Assembly: GCA_003707115.1 (NCBI GenBank)
Contig: PPNB01000003.1
Span: forward strand, 558,001 to 622,000
DNA length: 64,000 bases
Direction: 5' to 3'
DNA from: Tortispora ganteri
Taxonomy: Eukaryota
Shown here in pieces: positions 22,888 to 33,304 of the stretch (position 1 is its first letter; each line of letters starts with the position of its first letter). Both the position numbers and the translations under genes were made by a program. A model generated the notes under the pieces. That model did no database searches. It saw nothing but the letters and a program-made list of their open reading frames with translations, and was not told the origin of the DNA.

Positions 22888-25602
22888 CTAGTCTATCGTA
22901 GTCATTCTAGATTCACGTATCTCGTTGATTCGATTAGCGAGTGCCGTCAACTGATGGCGGAGTGCAATTTTAGTCGCGGCTTCCATCGTTACATCTTGCT
23001 CAAGTAACTGAACTAAAGATATAACTCTTCCGTAGTTAGCCTCTTGGCACCCAAGAGACACTAGACGTAATATTCTCTTTTCCACCTCTAACTGTTGCTT
23101 TGCGATCGCTTTGGAGCTATCTGACCCATTAAGCGTGATAGAGTCTTTAAGAGTGTCTAGCATCACCCTTTGACATATAAACTCTTCCTCATAGCGCATT
23201 CTTTCCTTTTCCTGTGTGCTGAGCTTGCTCTGTTTAGTATTGGCTTTTTTCTTTCCGGAATCGTTTCCGTTGTCCTCTATATCAGCAAGTTCGTCTTCCA
23301 GATCTTCATTCTCTTTATCCGAGTCTACCTCGCTTTCATCTTCATCGTCTTCTTCTCTCTCTGGCTCCTCATACCTTAAAGGAATTCGAAGGTCAAACTC
23401 TGACGTGACAGCTAGAGGGATAGCAGGATAGATTATTCGATCTTGCAATTTGGCTCCTCGCAAAATAATGCAATGGAACTTGCCATCCGCGACTCCTAAT
23501 GGCCAATACTGTTCGTTGCGACCTTCCCTACCTGGAATACGTCTCGTATCAAGTATTGGCACCCATTTTGCTTGCATTGGCTTTCTCCAGTTCGTCAATG
23601 TCAGGAGAATACCATCGGAATCGTACACGCAAGGCGCCCCAGTATCTGAAAAGAAGACGGAAAGTAACTTAGAATTAGGGCTTATCTCAACAGAGTCATT
23701 CTTTTGAACTGTCTCATTCTCAACGATGTTTTCAAGGGAGTATACTAATCCTCCTCCATTGGATCCCATCACTGGATGTGCAACCTCAGTGCTTCTGACT
23801 ATGAACAAATAATCGTTGAATGCCGAGCAAGATATAATGGGATATTGTGCCTGGCGGAATATTCTGATTGGTACTCCGTGTAAAGTGTATATCTTTACAG
23901 TGCCCAGCTTCGTGCAAACAATAGCGTGAGACGCAGAAAGAGCTATGTTCGATACAGCATCGTGTGAGGGAAACGAGTCTTTCCAAGAATCGCGAGACGA
24001 GCCATGGCGTCTAAATAACACACTTGATTCCTGGTCTGTGTTTCCATCTTCACCAGTTCTACCGAAAAATGCAGCCTCGTTAGTAAGGCCGGCCAAGTCA
24101 AACCCTTCATAATCTGTAAAGTGGTATTCACGGTGATTACCAGTATCAAAGAATGTAACAGTGACGACATTGTGCGTATCTTGTTTCTGTAGCCATATAT
24201 AGCCCGTGAAGTTCAATGACAAATAACAACGATTATCAATCCACGGTGTGCTACCAGGCCGCACAAACCTATGGCGCATTGGGCGAAACAACGCTTGAGG
24301 GTTCCATTGAGGGGTCATTCCATGAGACGATGACCTATGATCTCTGCGTCTTTTAGGTGTGAAGTAATTTCCGTCATCATTTTCAATCCAATCGTTGTTT
24401 TCTCCTTCTTCTTCATCTTCGTCGTCATTGCCGTCGTTGAAAGGTCTGCGGCGATCGCGTATACCATTGCCAGATAATTCATTGTCTTCATTAGCTAATA
24501 TATCTAACTCTGAGTTCGAGTTGCTCTCTAAATCATCATCTGTATGTTCGCCCTCGTGCATTTCGTGCTGGTAAGGTGTGCGAGGAGCAGGCACTACCAA
24601 TTCAGAATGAGAGGGTTGTTCTTTATAGAGTTTTTGCGGAACTGCTTCATTGAATGTGTGGATGCAACCATCTATAAGTGCAACAAATATGCAGTTTTTC
24701 TCTGGATGCCAAGCAAGTGACTGTGGACCATCATAACGGTGTACATTGACAACAGACTGACGACGGGCATCCCATACAACGACAGATACATCGTCACATG
24801 ATGCTAAATAGGCGCCATTTGGAGACCAGGCCACATCTCTGGGGCCTTTAGTGTGCGTATCAGAAAACTGAAAAATCTGCTTTTGGAAATGGTCAACGCG
24901 TTTCGCGTCAGCACAATACGCAGAAAGATCTCCATCGTCACGCGGAACTATAAAGCACGAGCCATCCGGGTGCCAAGAGACTTTAGGGGTGAAGTGCAAA
25001 TTCTCGTGTGACGCGTTCAATCTGGATACAAAAGCAGCAGATGATATGATATATGCTGGAGAGGCATCTTCCGGAGATATGTTGAAAACGCGGATAGATC
25101 CGTCCTGTTCGACAGTCAATACCTGAGAACTGTCTGGACTAAAAGCGACAGATCTGACGGGTGACTTGTGTCCCTTCAGTCTCATTGCATGCGCAGGATC
25201 GTTTACAGAGACCAGAACTGCAGAGAGATCGTCGCTGACGACTGCAAGCCATCGTTCGTTCGGGCTGAATGCTAGGTCTCTAACAGCCATAGTACATCGG
25301 TACACTATAGAGAGCATTTGCTCTGTAGGCAGCGAGTACATTACAACAGAACCATCATCCGATCCAGTAGCAACGCGGGTTGCGGTCACAGCGATTGACC
25401 ACACAGGTTTGTCAGTATGCGTACCATTTGCAGAAACGGCTTCAAAACTGGAGGGTTCAAGGTCGCGATCGAGTCGGAACTTTCTTATAATCTCATTGTT
25501 GCCGACGGATATCAAAAACTTGTTATCGTTTGTAGTCTTCAGCCGAACTAGGCCGGGCAAATGTGCGTATTGAGGAGGAAGTGCATCGTTTGGCTGATCC
25601 AT
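22888..25602 (-). CDS. CTF4: Replisome hub Ctf4/Mcl1/SepB
   Basis: N-terminal WD40 repeats, acidic linker, SepB domain (PGSTPW...YL.LN..G.IW, VTFFD, WVPILD, YWPLGV) and C-terminal helical bundle. Confidence 0.92.
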   Translation of the reverse strand: MDQPNDALPPQYAHLPGLVRLKTTNDNKFLISVGNNEIIRKFRLDRDLEPSSFEAVSANGTHTDKPVWSIAVTATRVATGSDDGSVVMYSLPTEQMLSIVYRCTMAVRDLAFSPNERWLAVVSDDLSAVLVSVNDPAHAMRLKGHKSPVRSVAFSPDSSQVLTVEQDGSIRVFNISPEDASPAYIISSAAFVSRLNASHENLHFTPKVSWHPDGSCFIVPRDDGDLSAYCADAKRVDHFQKQIFQFSDTHTKGPRDVAWSPNGAYLASCDDVSVVVWDARRQSVVNVHRYDGPQSLAWHPEKNCIFVALIDGCIHTFNEAVPQKLYKEQPSHSELVVPAPRTPYQHEMHEGEHTDDDLESNSNSELDILANEDNELSGNGIRDRRRPFNDGNDDEDEEEGENNDWIENDDGNYFTPKRRRDHRSSSHGMTPQWNPQALFRPMRHRFVRPGSTPWIDNRCYLSLNFTGYIWLQKQDTHNVVTVTFFDTGNHREYHFTDYEGFDLAGLTNEAAFFGRTGEDGNTDQESSVLFRRHGSSRDSWKDSFPSHDAVSNIALSASHAIVCTKLGTVKIYTLHGVPIRIFRQAQYPIISCSAFNDYLFIVRSTEVAHPVMGSNGGGLVYSLENIVENETVQKNDSVEISPNSKLLSVFFSDTGAPCVYDSDGILLTLTNWRKPMQAKWVPILDTRRIPGREGRNEQYWPLGVADGKFHCIILRGAKLQDRIIYPAIPLAVTSEFDLRIPLRYEEPEREEDDEDESEVDSDKENEDLEDELADIEDNGNDSGKKKANTKQSKLSTQEKERMRYEEEFICQRVMLDTLKDSITLNGSDSSKAIAKQQLEVEKRILRLVSLGCQEANYGRVISLVQLLEQDVTMEAATKIALRHQLTALANRINEIRESRMTTID

Positions 25603-25629
25603 GATTGTTTGGTCGATACTCGAAAGAAG

Positions 25630-25635
25630 ACGCGT
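25630..25635. promoter_or_regulatory. MCB element ACGCGT upstream of CTF4
   Basis: Exact MluI cell-cycle box, 28 bp upstream of a G1/S replication gene; unusually close to the ATG. Confidence 0.45.
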
Positions 25636-26182
25636 CGTACGGCTTTCTGTTCGTTACACGCCTAGGGTTATGCTAGACGATTAAAGTGCACCTGTTGTTA
25701 TGTCAACCTGGTAAACTAACCTTCAGTTCAAAGTAGGATATTTCTCCAGTCTAGTTTCTATATACGTATTGCTGACATTTCTCTAAAAGATCCCCTTTGC
25801 TCTTACAGACAGTCTAAATTCAAGATTGTATACAATAAATTGTCTAAGCACAGACTTGGTTACTTTTTCAGAGGGCTATCCAAACTGCTTTGAAGTAAAA
25901 GGTTAATCTGAATTAGGTAAAAACCAATACGGCTTAAGGTTTTAGGTATAATGTTCACTATTCATGTTAGAAAGGTGTTTTTGGTAGTTTATATTTACGA
26001 AATAACTATACTACCTGAATAGCGCCGAAAACAATATACTAATTTATTTAGTTTTATTTATTTTCTTGTTTCAGTCTGAGCTGATTTGCATAGATAGCAA
26101 AGGAGAGCTCCACATCGCTGTAAGGTATGCGCATCAAAGTGCGATATAATCTGCTTCAGTGTAAAACCCTTCTGAAACCACC

Positions 26183-27382
26183 ATGTATGAGAGCAATTTA
26201 GACCTACAGGAACCCCTATTGGAAGATCATGAGGCGCAGTCTGTATCTAGCAAAATTTTTGGTCTAATTCATGTTGAATACATTTATGGTATGCTGTACC
26301 GCTACATCCAATGGGTCATTGGAGTAACAATCTTAGTTGTCTTTTCACTAGTGTGCAATTATACATCGAAACCCTCTAAAGAATTGTTTGAGAATATGAG
26401 GTTTGACTTCTCGACGAATATTCACTCGGCAGAGATATGGGATGAATATTTTGAGTATAATTTACTATTTGATTCACATGTCCACACATCTGTCTCTGAC
26501 GGCTCTCTATCTCCGAAACAGGCTCTTAGCTGGGCTATGGCCTATGGGTTTCAAGCGATCGCTATCACTGATCATAATGATATATCTGGAGGGCTCCTTG
26601 CAGAAGAAATTGCTCTTAATTTGAGCCTCCCGATTCTTGTTATTCCTGGTATGGAGTATACCTGTTGTCGCATTCACATGAATCTCATCGGAATTAACGA
26701 AACCATCGCTCCTTCAAGTTCTTGGCCTTCAGATGATGAATTACAAGATGTTATCCGTAGGACCCATGAGCTGGGCGGTTTTGTAGTTGCCAATCATCGT
26801 GCCTGGTCTTTAACGACTGAGTACGGATACCAGCAACCTCGAATCAGAACGCATCCACCTCTTGAAGCACTCTACGAGTGGGGAGTTGACGCATTTGAAA
26901 CTGTCCATGAGGACATACTGGATCTAAAAGTTTTGCGCTTCTCTCAAGCGCACGATCTGCCTCTCATATCTGCTAGCGACATGCACCATCCTACACAAGT
27001 TCCAAGCGGTTGGACGCTAGCTAACGTCCCCTCGCCTATATCAAAAGAAAGCATAATTTCTGCTTTTCGGCAACACACATTTAACTCCACCATTGCATAC
27101 TGGCCTGAAGGCCCTCGAAGACGGGTTTACCCGCAAGAAAATCCACAGTGGGATAAATGGGCCCCTATTTCTGGTTTTGACTTCTCGTACCTTTACTCAG
27201 AAAGGAACGGAATGTACTCTTTTGTTGATGGTTTCTGTCATGAACGGATTTTTCAGATAAATTGGAGAAGAGGAATTTTCTTAGTCCTCCAAGGTACCAC
27301 TGCATGGCTATTTTATGAACTTCTGCGTGGTCTATACAATGTGCGCCAAAGTATTGATCTCAAAAATAGTATTCGTTTCTAG
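26183..27382 (+). CDS. PHP-domain metal-dependent phosphoesterase with predicted N- and C-terminal membrane segments
   Basis: Complete PHP motif set: DSHVHT..SDG, ITDHN, IPGMEY, H, NH and SDMH. Hydrophobic stretches at about aa 42-60 and 365-382. Confidence 0.85.
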   Translation: MYESNLDLQEPLLEDHEAQSVSSKIFGLIHVEYIYGMLYRYIQWVIGVTILVVFSLVCNYTSKPSKELFENMRFDFSTNIHSAEIWDEYFEYNLLFDSHVHTSVSDGSLSPKQALSWAMAYGFQAIAITDHNDISGGLLAEEIALNLSLPILVIPGMEYTCCRIHMNLIGINETIAPSSSWPSDDELQDVIRRTHELGGFVVANHRAWSLTTEYGYQQPRIRTHPPLEALYEWGVDAFETVHEDILDLKVLRFSQAHDLPLISASDMHHPTQVPSGWTLANVPSPISKESIISAFRQHTFNSTIAYWPEGPRRRVYPQENPQWDKWAPISGFDFSYLYSERNGMYSFVDGFCHERIFQINWRRGIFLVLQGTTAWLFYELLRGLYNVRQSIDLKNSIRF

Positions 27383-27387
27383 TCGTC

Positions 27388-29724
27388 TTATTTCAACTCC
27401 GCCTTCCAGATAATTAGGCGATACCTCTTTCCTACATGATCTAAGTCGATATATTTGATCAAATCATAGTCAACAATGACCTTTTTGTCGTCTAATGATT
27501 GCGAAGTTAATGTTTCTTCCCATATGGCGGTACAATCATGTGCTCTTTTGTATAGCATAGGCTGACTGTACCCCAAATGTTCTATGAGCCACTTGTCTTG
27601 TCTAGTTGCTATACTTTCTGATAGTTCCAAAGATCCTTTGTATTTTGGAATCTTTACTCCGCGGCAGGCTAATGCCCATGCCAGAGTGCCATGTAAAGGA
27701 TTCTTTAGTAGTTTTGCTGCTATTATGGTGCATTCTTGTGGCTCCTTAATAAGCCCTTGTGCCAGTTTTAATGATATCCAAAACTCTGTGCCACACATTT
27801 GCAGGAATGTAAGATCAATTCCTACTACCTTCTCCAAAAGTGACTGCAGTCTATTTCCTCCTATAGCTCTCAATTCTGCGCAAAACAACGAACAGGCTTT
27901 CACTGACTCATCCTGTGTTTGGGTCTTTCGTGTACCAATCACCAATGCTTCTGCTATCGATGTTAATGCTGTAGTGATAATCGAAAACTTGATTCTTGAA
28001 AATGTGAGATATGTCAAAGGGTTGGCCATGCTGCTGATGCTAAGGAGATTGAAATCTACTGCACCAATGTTCTTTTGTCCGATGTACTTCCCGTTAAAGC
28101 ATTGATCTATAACTGGAATATCAGCATAGTGCCTTGGCGCTGCAATTGAAATAATATCTTCATATCCTTTCAAGTATACCAAAGTTTCGCAAGCTTCTAA
28201 TGCAAGAGATATCTGGTCTTCTACTCCAACTATCTGTGCGTACCTTTCGATATAGGACCTGATTCGGATATGATCTCCGGGCCATTCAGGAGCTTGATTA
28301 TAATTCTGAAGGATGATTTCGTCGTCGTTGACTACTACGAAGTTTGCCCCTGAAAAATCAAGGTTCAAGTTGTCGTAAACTGTCTTTGTCTTTGGGCTGT
28401 CCTTCAGGTAGCATGGGTACTTACTAGTGCCACTCTGAGTGCAAGTGACCAGAAAGTGAGCCATATCATAACTTTCTTTGCCAAAAGCATGTACAGGCAC
28501 GAATATGAAGTTGTGCTCTTTGTATTTGCAGCGCAGACGCTTCCAGTCGCTTTTTTTCTTGCAATAGTGACATTCTCCATAATCTAATGAGTGTGAATAG
28601 TTGATTACTACCTCTTGCTTAGTGGCTTTTGCTACCACTGCTGCTAGATAGTATCTCAGCATACTGATGAGGTAGGAAACATGATTGTCACCTTCTCTAT
28701 CGAAAGATATTTCTGAGCACACTTTGTTTAATGTGAAGTCAGATGCATGTTCTTTGAGAATTGAAGCTGGTATAACATCTGGAGAATATTCTGGATCGTC
28801 CCCTTTTCCTGTATTGCTCATGAAAGTTTTCGTGGGTAACATTGCACTAATTGCTTGCATTTTCTCGCTGCTAAACATTGGAACCTGTATGTCTTCAAAT
28901 ATCTTATGGCTCTTGTTGCTCACTTCTGCGTCATTATGTGAGACTAACTTCCAAAACATTCTGACAGTGGATCCATAAGTAGACTCACTCAGCTGAGTAA
29001 CGTGACTATCCTTGGGCATATTAGCTAGCACCGTCTCGCAGAATTGAAATATGTCTAGAGTGTCCGGACTTTGAACTTCTGATTTACGTTCCGCACTGCG
29101 CACTGCTCCTAAATCTTGAACACAATGGAGACAGGAATGATCTGTGCACTGACAAAGAAGTTTACTGCTTGGATTTGATCTAGCGAGCATTTCAAACATG
29201 TACATCTCAGGCTGAACCTTATGGGAGAATGCAGATAAGAAGCTTTGAACTGAATGATGGGATGGGATGGTGACCTTTTGCTTCTCTATGCCGAATGAAG
29301 TGACTGAAGCACCTGTGTGTAACGGCACTAGAGTGTCACGTCTGGTATGTTTATCGTCTTCAAGCTGTTGTTTAAGACATTTCTTACTGTTGTAATCTAG
29401 TACATCTGGATATAACAATAGACGAAGTTCATCAAACGTGACCGAGTCGTCTAATATCTCGCTGGCAGTTGGCAGTTCTATAATGCTGGGTTTAGAATCG
29501 CTGGCAAGCGTGCATATTGGTTGCGCAGATTTTTCCGAGGACATAGAAGTGAGTCTGTTAGAAGCATGGCTGCTGTGCTGATTAGAAAGTTTTTTCCTGA
29601 ACATGTTCCATTCCATGCTTAACCGCTGAGACATTGCGTGCTTAGAAGTGTTTAAGAAGGTTCGGCGTAAAGGATTTAACAGATACCGTTCATCATAAGA
29701 CATTGATCTAGTTTTTTCAGTCAT
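27388..29724 (-). CDS. Orphan 778-aa protein with Cys/His clusters; possible nuclease-like plus degenerate kinase fold
   Basis: Uninterrupted 2.3-kb ORF with ATG start. No family recognised with certainty; the motif reading is in the findings. Confidence refers to it being a CDS. Confidence 0.75.
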   Translation of the reverse strand: MTEKTRSMSYDERYLLNPLRRTFLNTSKHAMSQRLSMEWNMFRKKLSNQHSSHASNRLTSMSSEKSAQPICTLASDSKPSIIELPTASEILDDSVTFDELRLLLYPDVLDYNSKKCLKQQLEDDKHTRRDTLVPLHTGASVTSFGIEKQKVTIPSHHSVQSFLSAFSHKVQPEMYMFEMLARSNPSSKLLCQCTDHSCLHCVQDLGAVRSAERKSEVQSPDTLDIFQFCETVLANMPKDSHVTQLSESTYGSTVRMFWKLVSHNDAEVSNKSHKIFEDIQVPMFSSEKMQAISAMLPTKTFMSNTGKGDDPEYSPDVIPASILKEHASDFTLNKVCSEISFDREGDNHVSYLISMLRYYLAAVVAKATKQEVVINYSHSLDYGECHYCKKKSDWKRLRCKYKEHNFIFVPVHAFGKESYDMAHFLVTCTQSGTSKYPCYLKDSPKTKTVYDNLNLDFSGANFVVVNDDEIILQNYNQAPEWPGDHIRIRSYIERYAQIVGVEDQISLALEACETLVYLKGYEDIISIAAPRHYADIPVIDQCFNGKYIGQKNIGAVDFNLLSISSMANPLTYLTFSRIKFSIITTALTSIAEALVIGTRKTQTQDESVKACSLFCAELRAIGGNRLQSLLEKVVGIDLTFLQMCGTEFWISLKLAQGLIKEPQECTIIAAKLLKNPLHGTLAWALACRGVKIPKYKGSLELSESIATRQDKWLIEHLGYSQPMLYKRAHDCTAIWEETLTSQSLDDKKVIVDYDLIKYIDLDHVGKRYRLIIWKAELK

Positions 29725-30420
29725 AGCTGTATATTCTTAGAAAAAATACAAATATCGGAGGCTGCTTATATGTGTTTTGACAAAGGGGCCTTAAAGATTC
29801 AGGGTTTTGGAAGGACAGTGAGATCTCTAAGGGTGCATGCATATTCTCAACAGGACCCTTCGATGTGCGTATGGCTGAGCACATCGAAACTTGAGAGGAA
29901 ACCTGAATTTGGACTATATTATTGTCTTTGTATCTACAATTGTAGCATATAAATATCTAAAATATAATGATAATAACTATGCATGTACAACTCCCGGTAA
30001 GGAAGTGGATTCAAGTGCAAGCAAAAGTGAATGCATCATCCAGCTCCAGCTGAAGCTCCAAGTTTCTCTAGGGCTAGAGGTAGAGAGACACAACTAATTG
30101 AGTCTCGGTAAATATGCAAAATCAGAAAGAAAGTTCTCTCTAACTGCAGTCATCTTCTTCCGATAGCTGGCCTCTACAATAATCTGCCCAGAGTACTAAG
30201 GAGAAAAAAGGGTCTCGGTCAGACTATCCCACGTATAGTGGGAAAACGAAAAATCAACTATAAGGTTATCAGCCCTACATTAGGTTTCCCAGTTGTTGGC
30301 CAATGGGAAGACTCCAAATTAATCAACCAATATCCTACTCCCTATACATTTCTATCCAAACTTAAGCATTGCACTAAAAGCAACCGATTGCATCGCTTGT
30401 TGTATTTCGTCCGTCAAACA

Positions 30421-32616
30421 ATGCTGTTCAGACGGGTAAAATTGACTAATAAGTCGCTAATACCAAATTCTAGACAGTTCTCAAGAACCGCCCAGCGCAA
30501 TGCCGAAGTTGAGCTTACCATAGATGGCAAGAAAGTATCCATTGAAGCTGGATCGGCTTTGATTCAGGCCTGCGAAAAAGCTGGTGTCACAATCCCTCGC
30601 TATTGCTACCACGAGAAACTCGCAATCGCTGGTAACTGTCGTATGTGCTTGGTAGATCTTGAACGTGCACCTAAGGTCATCCCCTCTTGCGCTTTCCCGG
30701 TTGCTCCAGGTATGGTTGTCAGAACTGATACAGAGAGAGTCCGTAAAGCCCGCGAAGGTGTAACCGAAATGCTCCTTGCAAATCATCCTCTTGACTGTCC
30801 CGTGTGTGATCAGGGTGGCGAGTGCGATCTTCAAGATCAATCTCTTCGCTACGGTTCGGATAGGGGCCGCTTCTCTGAAATAGTTGGTAAGCGAGCCGTC
30901 GAAGACAAAAATATAGGCCCTCTCATCAAGACATCAATGAACCGATGTATTCACTGCACTAGATGCGTTCGTTTCTCTAATGATGTTGCCGGTGCTCCTG
31001 AATTTGGAACTTCTGGTCGTGGTAACGATATGCAAATAGGCACATATCTCGAGCGAAACCTCGACTCCGAAATGTCGGGTAATGTCATAGATCTTTGTCC
31101 TGTCGGTGCTCTTACGTCTAAACCATACGCCTTCACTGCCCGTCCTTGGGAGCTCAAGAAAGTGGAATCAGTTGATGTTATGGATGGCCTTGGATCTAGC
31201 ATAAGAGTGGATGCGAAAGGAAACCAAGTTGTACGCATTCTCCCCAGAGCCAATGACTCGATCAACGAGGAATGGATATCTGACAAGACAAGGTTTTGCT
31301 ATGATGGTTTGAAGACCCAGCGTCTTACTACACCTTTAGTAAAGGAAGGTTCTCAGTTTGTTTCAGCTACATGGGAAGAAGCCCTCGGTATCATTGCCGA
31401 CAAATTTAAGACCATAAATCCGAAAGAAAATGAAGTTAAAGCGATTGCTGGAGATCTAGTGGAAGTTGAAGCTTTAGTTGCTCTCAAAGATTTAGTCAAT
31501 CGTCTAGGCTCGGAGAATGTTGCTCTTGACGCCCCCAACGGCAACTTGCCTCCTTCCGTGGGCGTGGATTTTCGCTCTAACTATATATTTAACTCTACGA
31601 TTACCGGAGTTGAAGAAGCTGACACTATTCTTGTTGTTGGTAGCAACCCACGCCATGAGGCCGCTGTTCTTAACGCGCGTATTAGAAAGCAATGGTTGCG
31701 AACTGAGGATATGCAAATTGGATTTGTCGGTGCATCTTTTGACTCTACCTGGGGCTATACGGACCTTGGTGACAGCTTAAAGGATTTACAAACAGCACTA
31801 TCTGGTGAGTTTGGAAAGCGGTTGGCTTCCTCTAAGAAGCCTATGATTATTGTTGGTTCAGGAGTAATCGATCGCTTTGACGCAGGTGCTTATTTGGATG
31901 TTATTAGCAAATTTGTTTCTAAAACACCATCACTCCTGAATCCTGAATGGAATGGTTTCAATGTTTTGCAAAGAACTGCTTCTCGAACGGGTGCTTATGA
32001 TGTGGGTTTTGTGCCTGCCACACCAGAACTTGCTGCTATTAAGCCTAAGATCTTATACCTTCTTGGAGCCGATGAAATTTCAGCCTCTGAAATTCCAAAG
32101 GATGCTTTTGTTATCTATCAAGGTCATCATGGTGATATTGGAGCCCAGTATGCTGATGTTATACTTCCGGCTGCTGCATATACCGAGAAGGCAGTTACGT
32201 ATGTGAATACTGAAGGTCGTGCACAAGTCACACGAGCTGCAGTTGGACCTCCCGGTGCTGCTAGAGAAGACTGGCAAATTATTCGTGCTGTCAGTGAATT
32301 TTTAGGTGTTCCATTGGAATATGATGACATATATGGACTGCGTGAGCGTGTAGCTCAGATTGCGCCGCACGCTGTCCGTGTTGATACTATTCAGACTGCG
32401 TCTGCTGATGTGGCTAAGCTCGGCTTAAAATCGTTGAGTGACAAATTTAAAGGATCCAAAGCTTCTAATGAGCCACTCAAACAAGTTGTTGCGAACTTCT
32501 ACTTCACCAACTCTGTTACGCGATCATCTACTACTATGGCTCGCTGTTCCACGCAGTTTACTCGTGATAGAGTATATTCTGACGCAGATTCTGAGCCAGA
32601 AAAGGCTTTTGCCTGA
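30421..32616 (+). CDS. Complex I 75-kDa Fe-S subunit NUAM/NDUFS1
   Basis: IPRYCYHEKLAIAGNCRMC, HPLDCPVCDQGGECDLQ and RCIHCTRC. ATG at 30421 gives a mitochondrial presequence. Confidence 0.96.
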   Translation: MLFRRVKLTNKSLIPNSRQFSRTAQRNAEVELTIDGKKVSIEAGSALIQACEKAGVTIPRYCYHEKLAIAGNCRMCLVDLERAPKVIPSCAFPVAPGMVVRTDTERVRKAREGVTEMLLANHPLDCPVCDQGGECDLQDQSLRYGSDRGRFSEIVGKRAVEDKNIGPLIKTSMNRCIHCTRCVRFSNDVAGAPEFGTSGRGNDMQIGTYLERNLDSEMSGNVIDLCPVGALTSKPYAFTARPWELKKVESVDVMDGLGSSIRVDAKGNQVVRILPRANDSINEEWISDKTRFCYDGLKTQRLTTPLVKEGSQFVSATWEEALGIIADKFKTINPKENEVKAIAGDLVEVEALVALKDLVNRLGSENVALDAPNGNLPPSVGVDFRSNYIFNSTITGVEEADTILVVGSNPRHEAAVLNARIRKQWLRTEDMQIGFVGASFDSTWGYTDLGDSLKDLQTALSGEFGKRLASSKKPMIIVGSGVIDRFDAGAYLDVISKFVSKTPSLLNPEWNGFNVLQRTASRTGAYDVGFVPATPELAAIKPKILYLLGADEISASEIPKDAFVIYQGHHGDIGAQYADVILPAAAYTEKAVTYVNTEGRAQVTRAAVGPPGAAREDWQIIRAVSEFLGVPLEYDDIYGLRERVAQIAPHAVRVDTIQTASADVAKLGLKSLSDKFKGSKASNEPLKQVVANFYFTNSVTRSSTTMARCSTQFTRDRVYSDADSEPEKAFA

Positions 32617-33304
32617 TTTTTGATTAACATTATATTAGGGGGGTGGGAAGGGCATGAATCGATTATTTGGTAGGCTTTTCTGCCCTGTTCAATCACTATT
32701 ATCTGCCCTGCTTCTCTGTTTTTATGACGCTGCATTCGTGATTCATATTGCTTATTATCTGGCTCAGGATCTAATATCTACGCAGATATGTCCTGTAATT
32801 CTTTATGGCTGGGGTTTGTTTACAATAGAGGTAGTCACATGCACAAACTACTAAATTCACATGATTAAATTAGTACAGTATCGTAAAGATCCATATAGTC
32901 ATAACAAGACTTCTTATCTCGATATGTTAGCAATATTCATGGCTATTAAGGTATAGAATACAGGAAATGAGTAAGGCAGCTGTCGAGCTGAACACAACTA
33001 TCTCATCTGTTAGACGTGATAGCATGTATTTATAGCATTTATGGAGATGTGTTGCGGTGGTCAATTGCGGTGAAGCAATTAATTGGTTCACCAGATGCCA
33101 TAAAACCCCTCCTTATATAAGCTGAAGCTGAAGGGATTTTTAGAGTCGATATGCAAACAACATTAACGTGCAATATCATTTGCGATCATGCTCATATTTT
33201 CGCTAAATTATTCAAAAGCGTAAGCTTGAAGCAGGATAGAGGACTTGACTAGAAGAGATGATAATAGAGCAGACCCCGATAAAGAAAGGATAGAATCATA
33301 AGCA

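Noticed and set aside
28700..28830. Resemblance of GDD..YSPDVI...EISF in the orphan to bunyavirus L-protein cap-snatching endonuclease or an RdRp GDD motif
   Set aside because: No RdRp motifs A/B in context and no upstream catalytic His pattern. Kept only as a minor alternative to the nuclease+kinase reading.
30238..30420. 61-aa N-terminal extension of NUAM in the ORF track
   Set aside because: GTG start; the ATG at 30421 gives a typical presequence, and the extension covers promoter-like CCAAT sequence.
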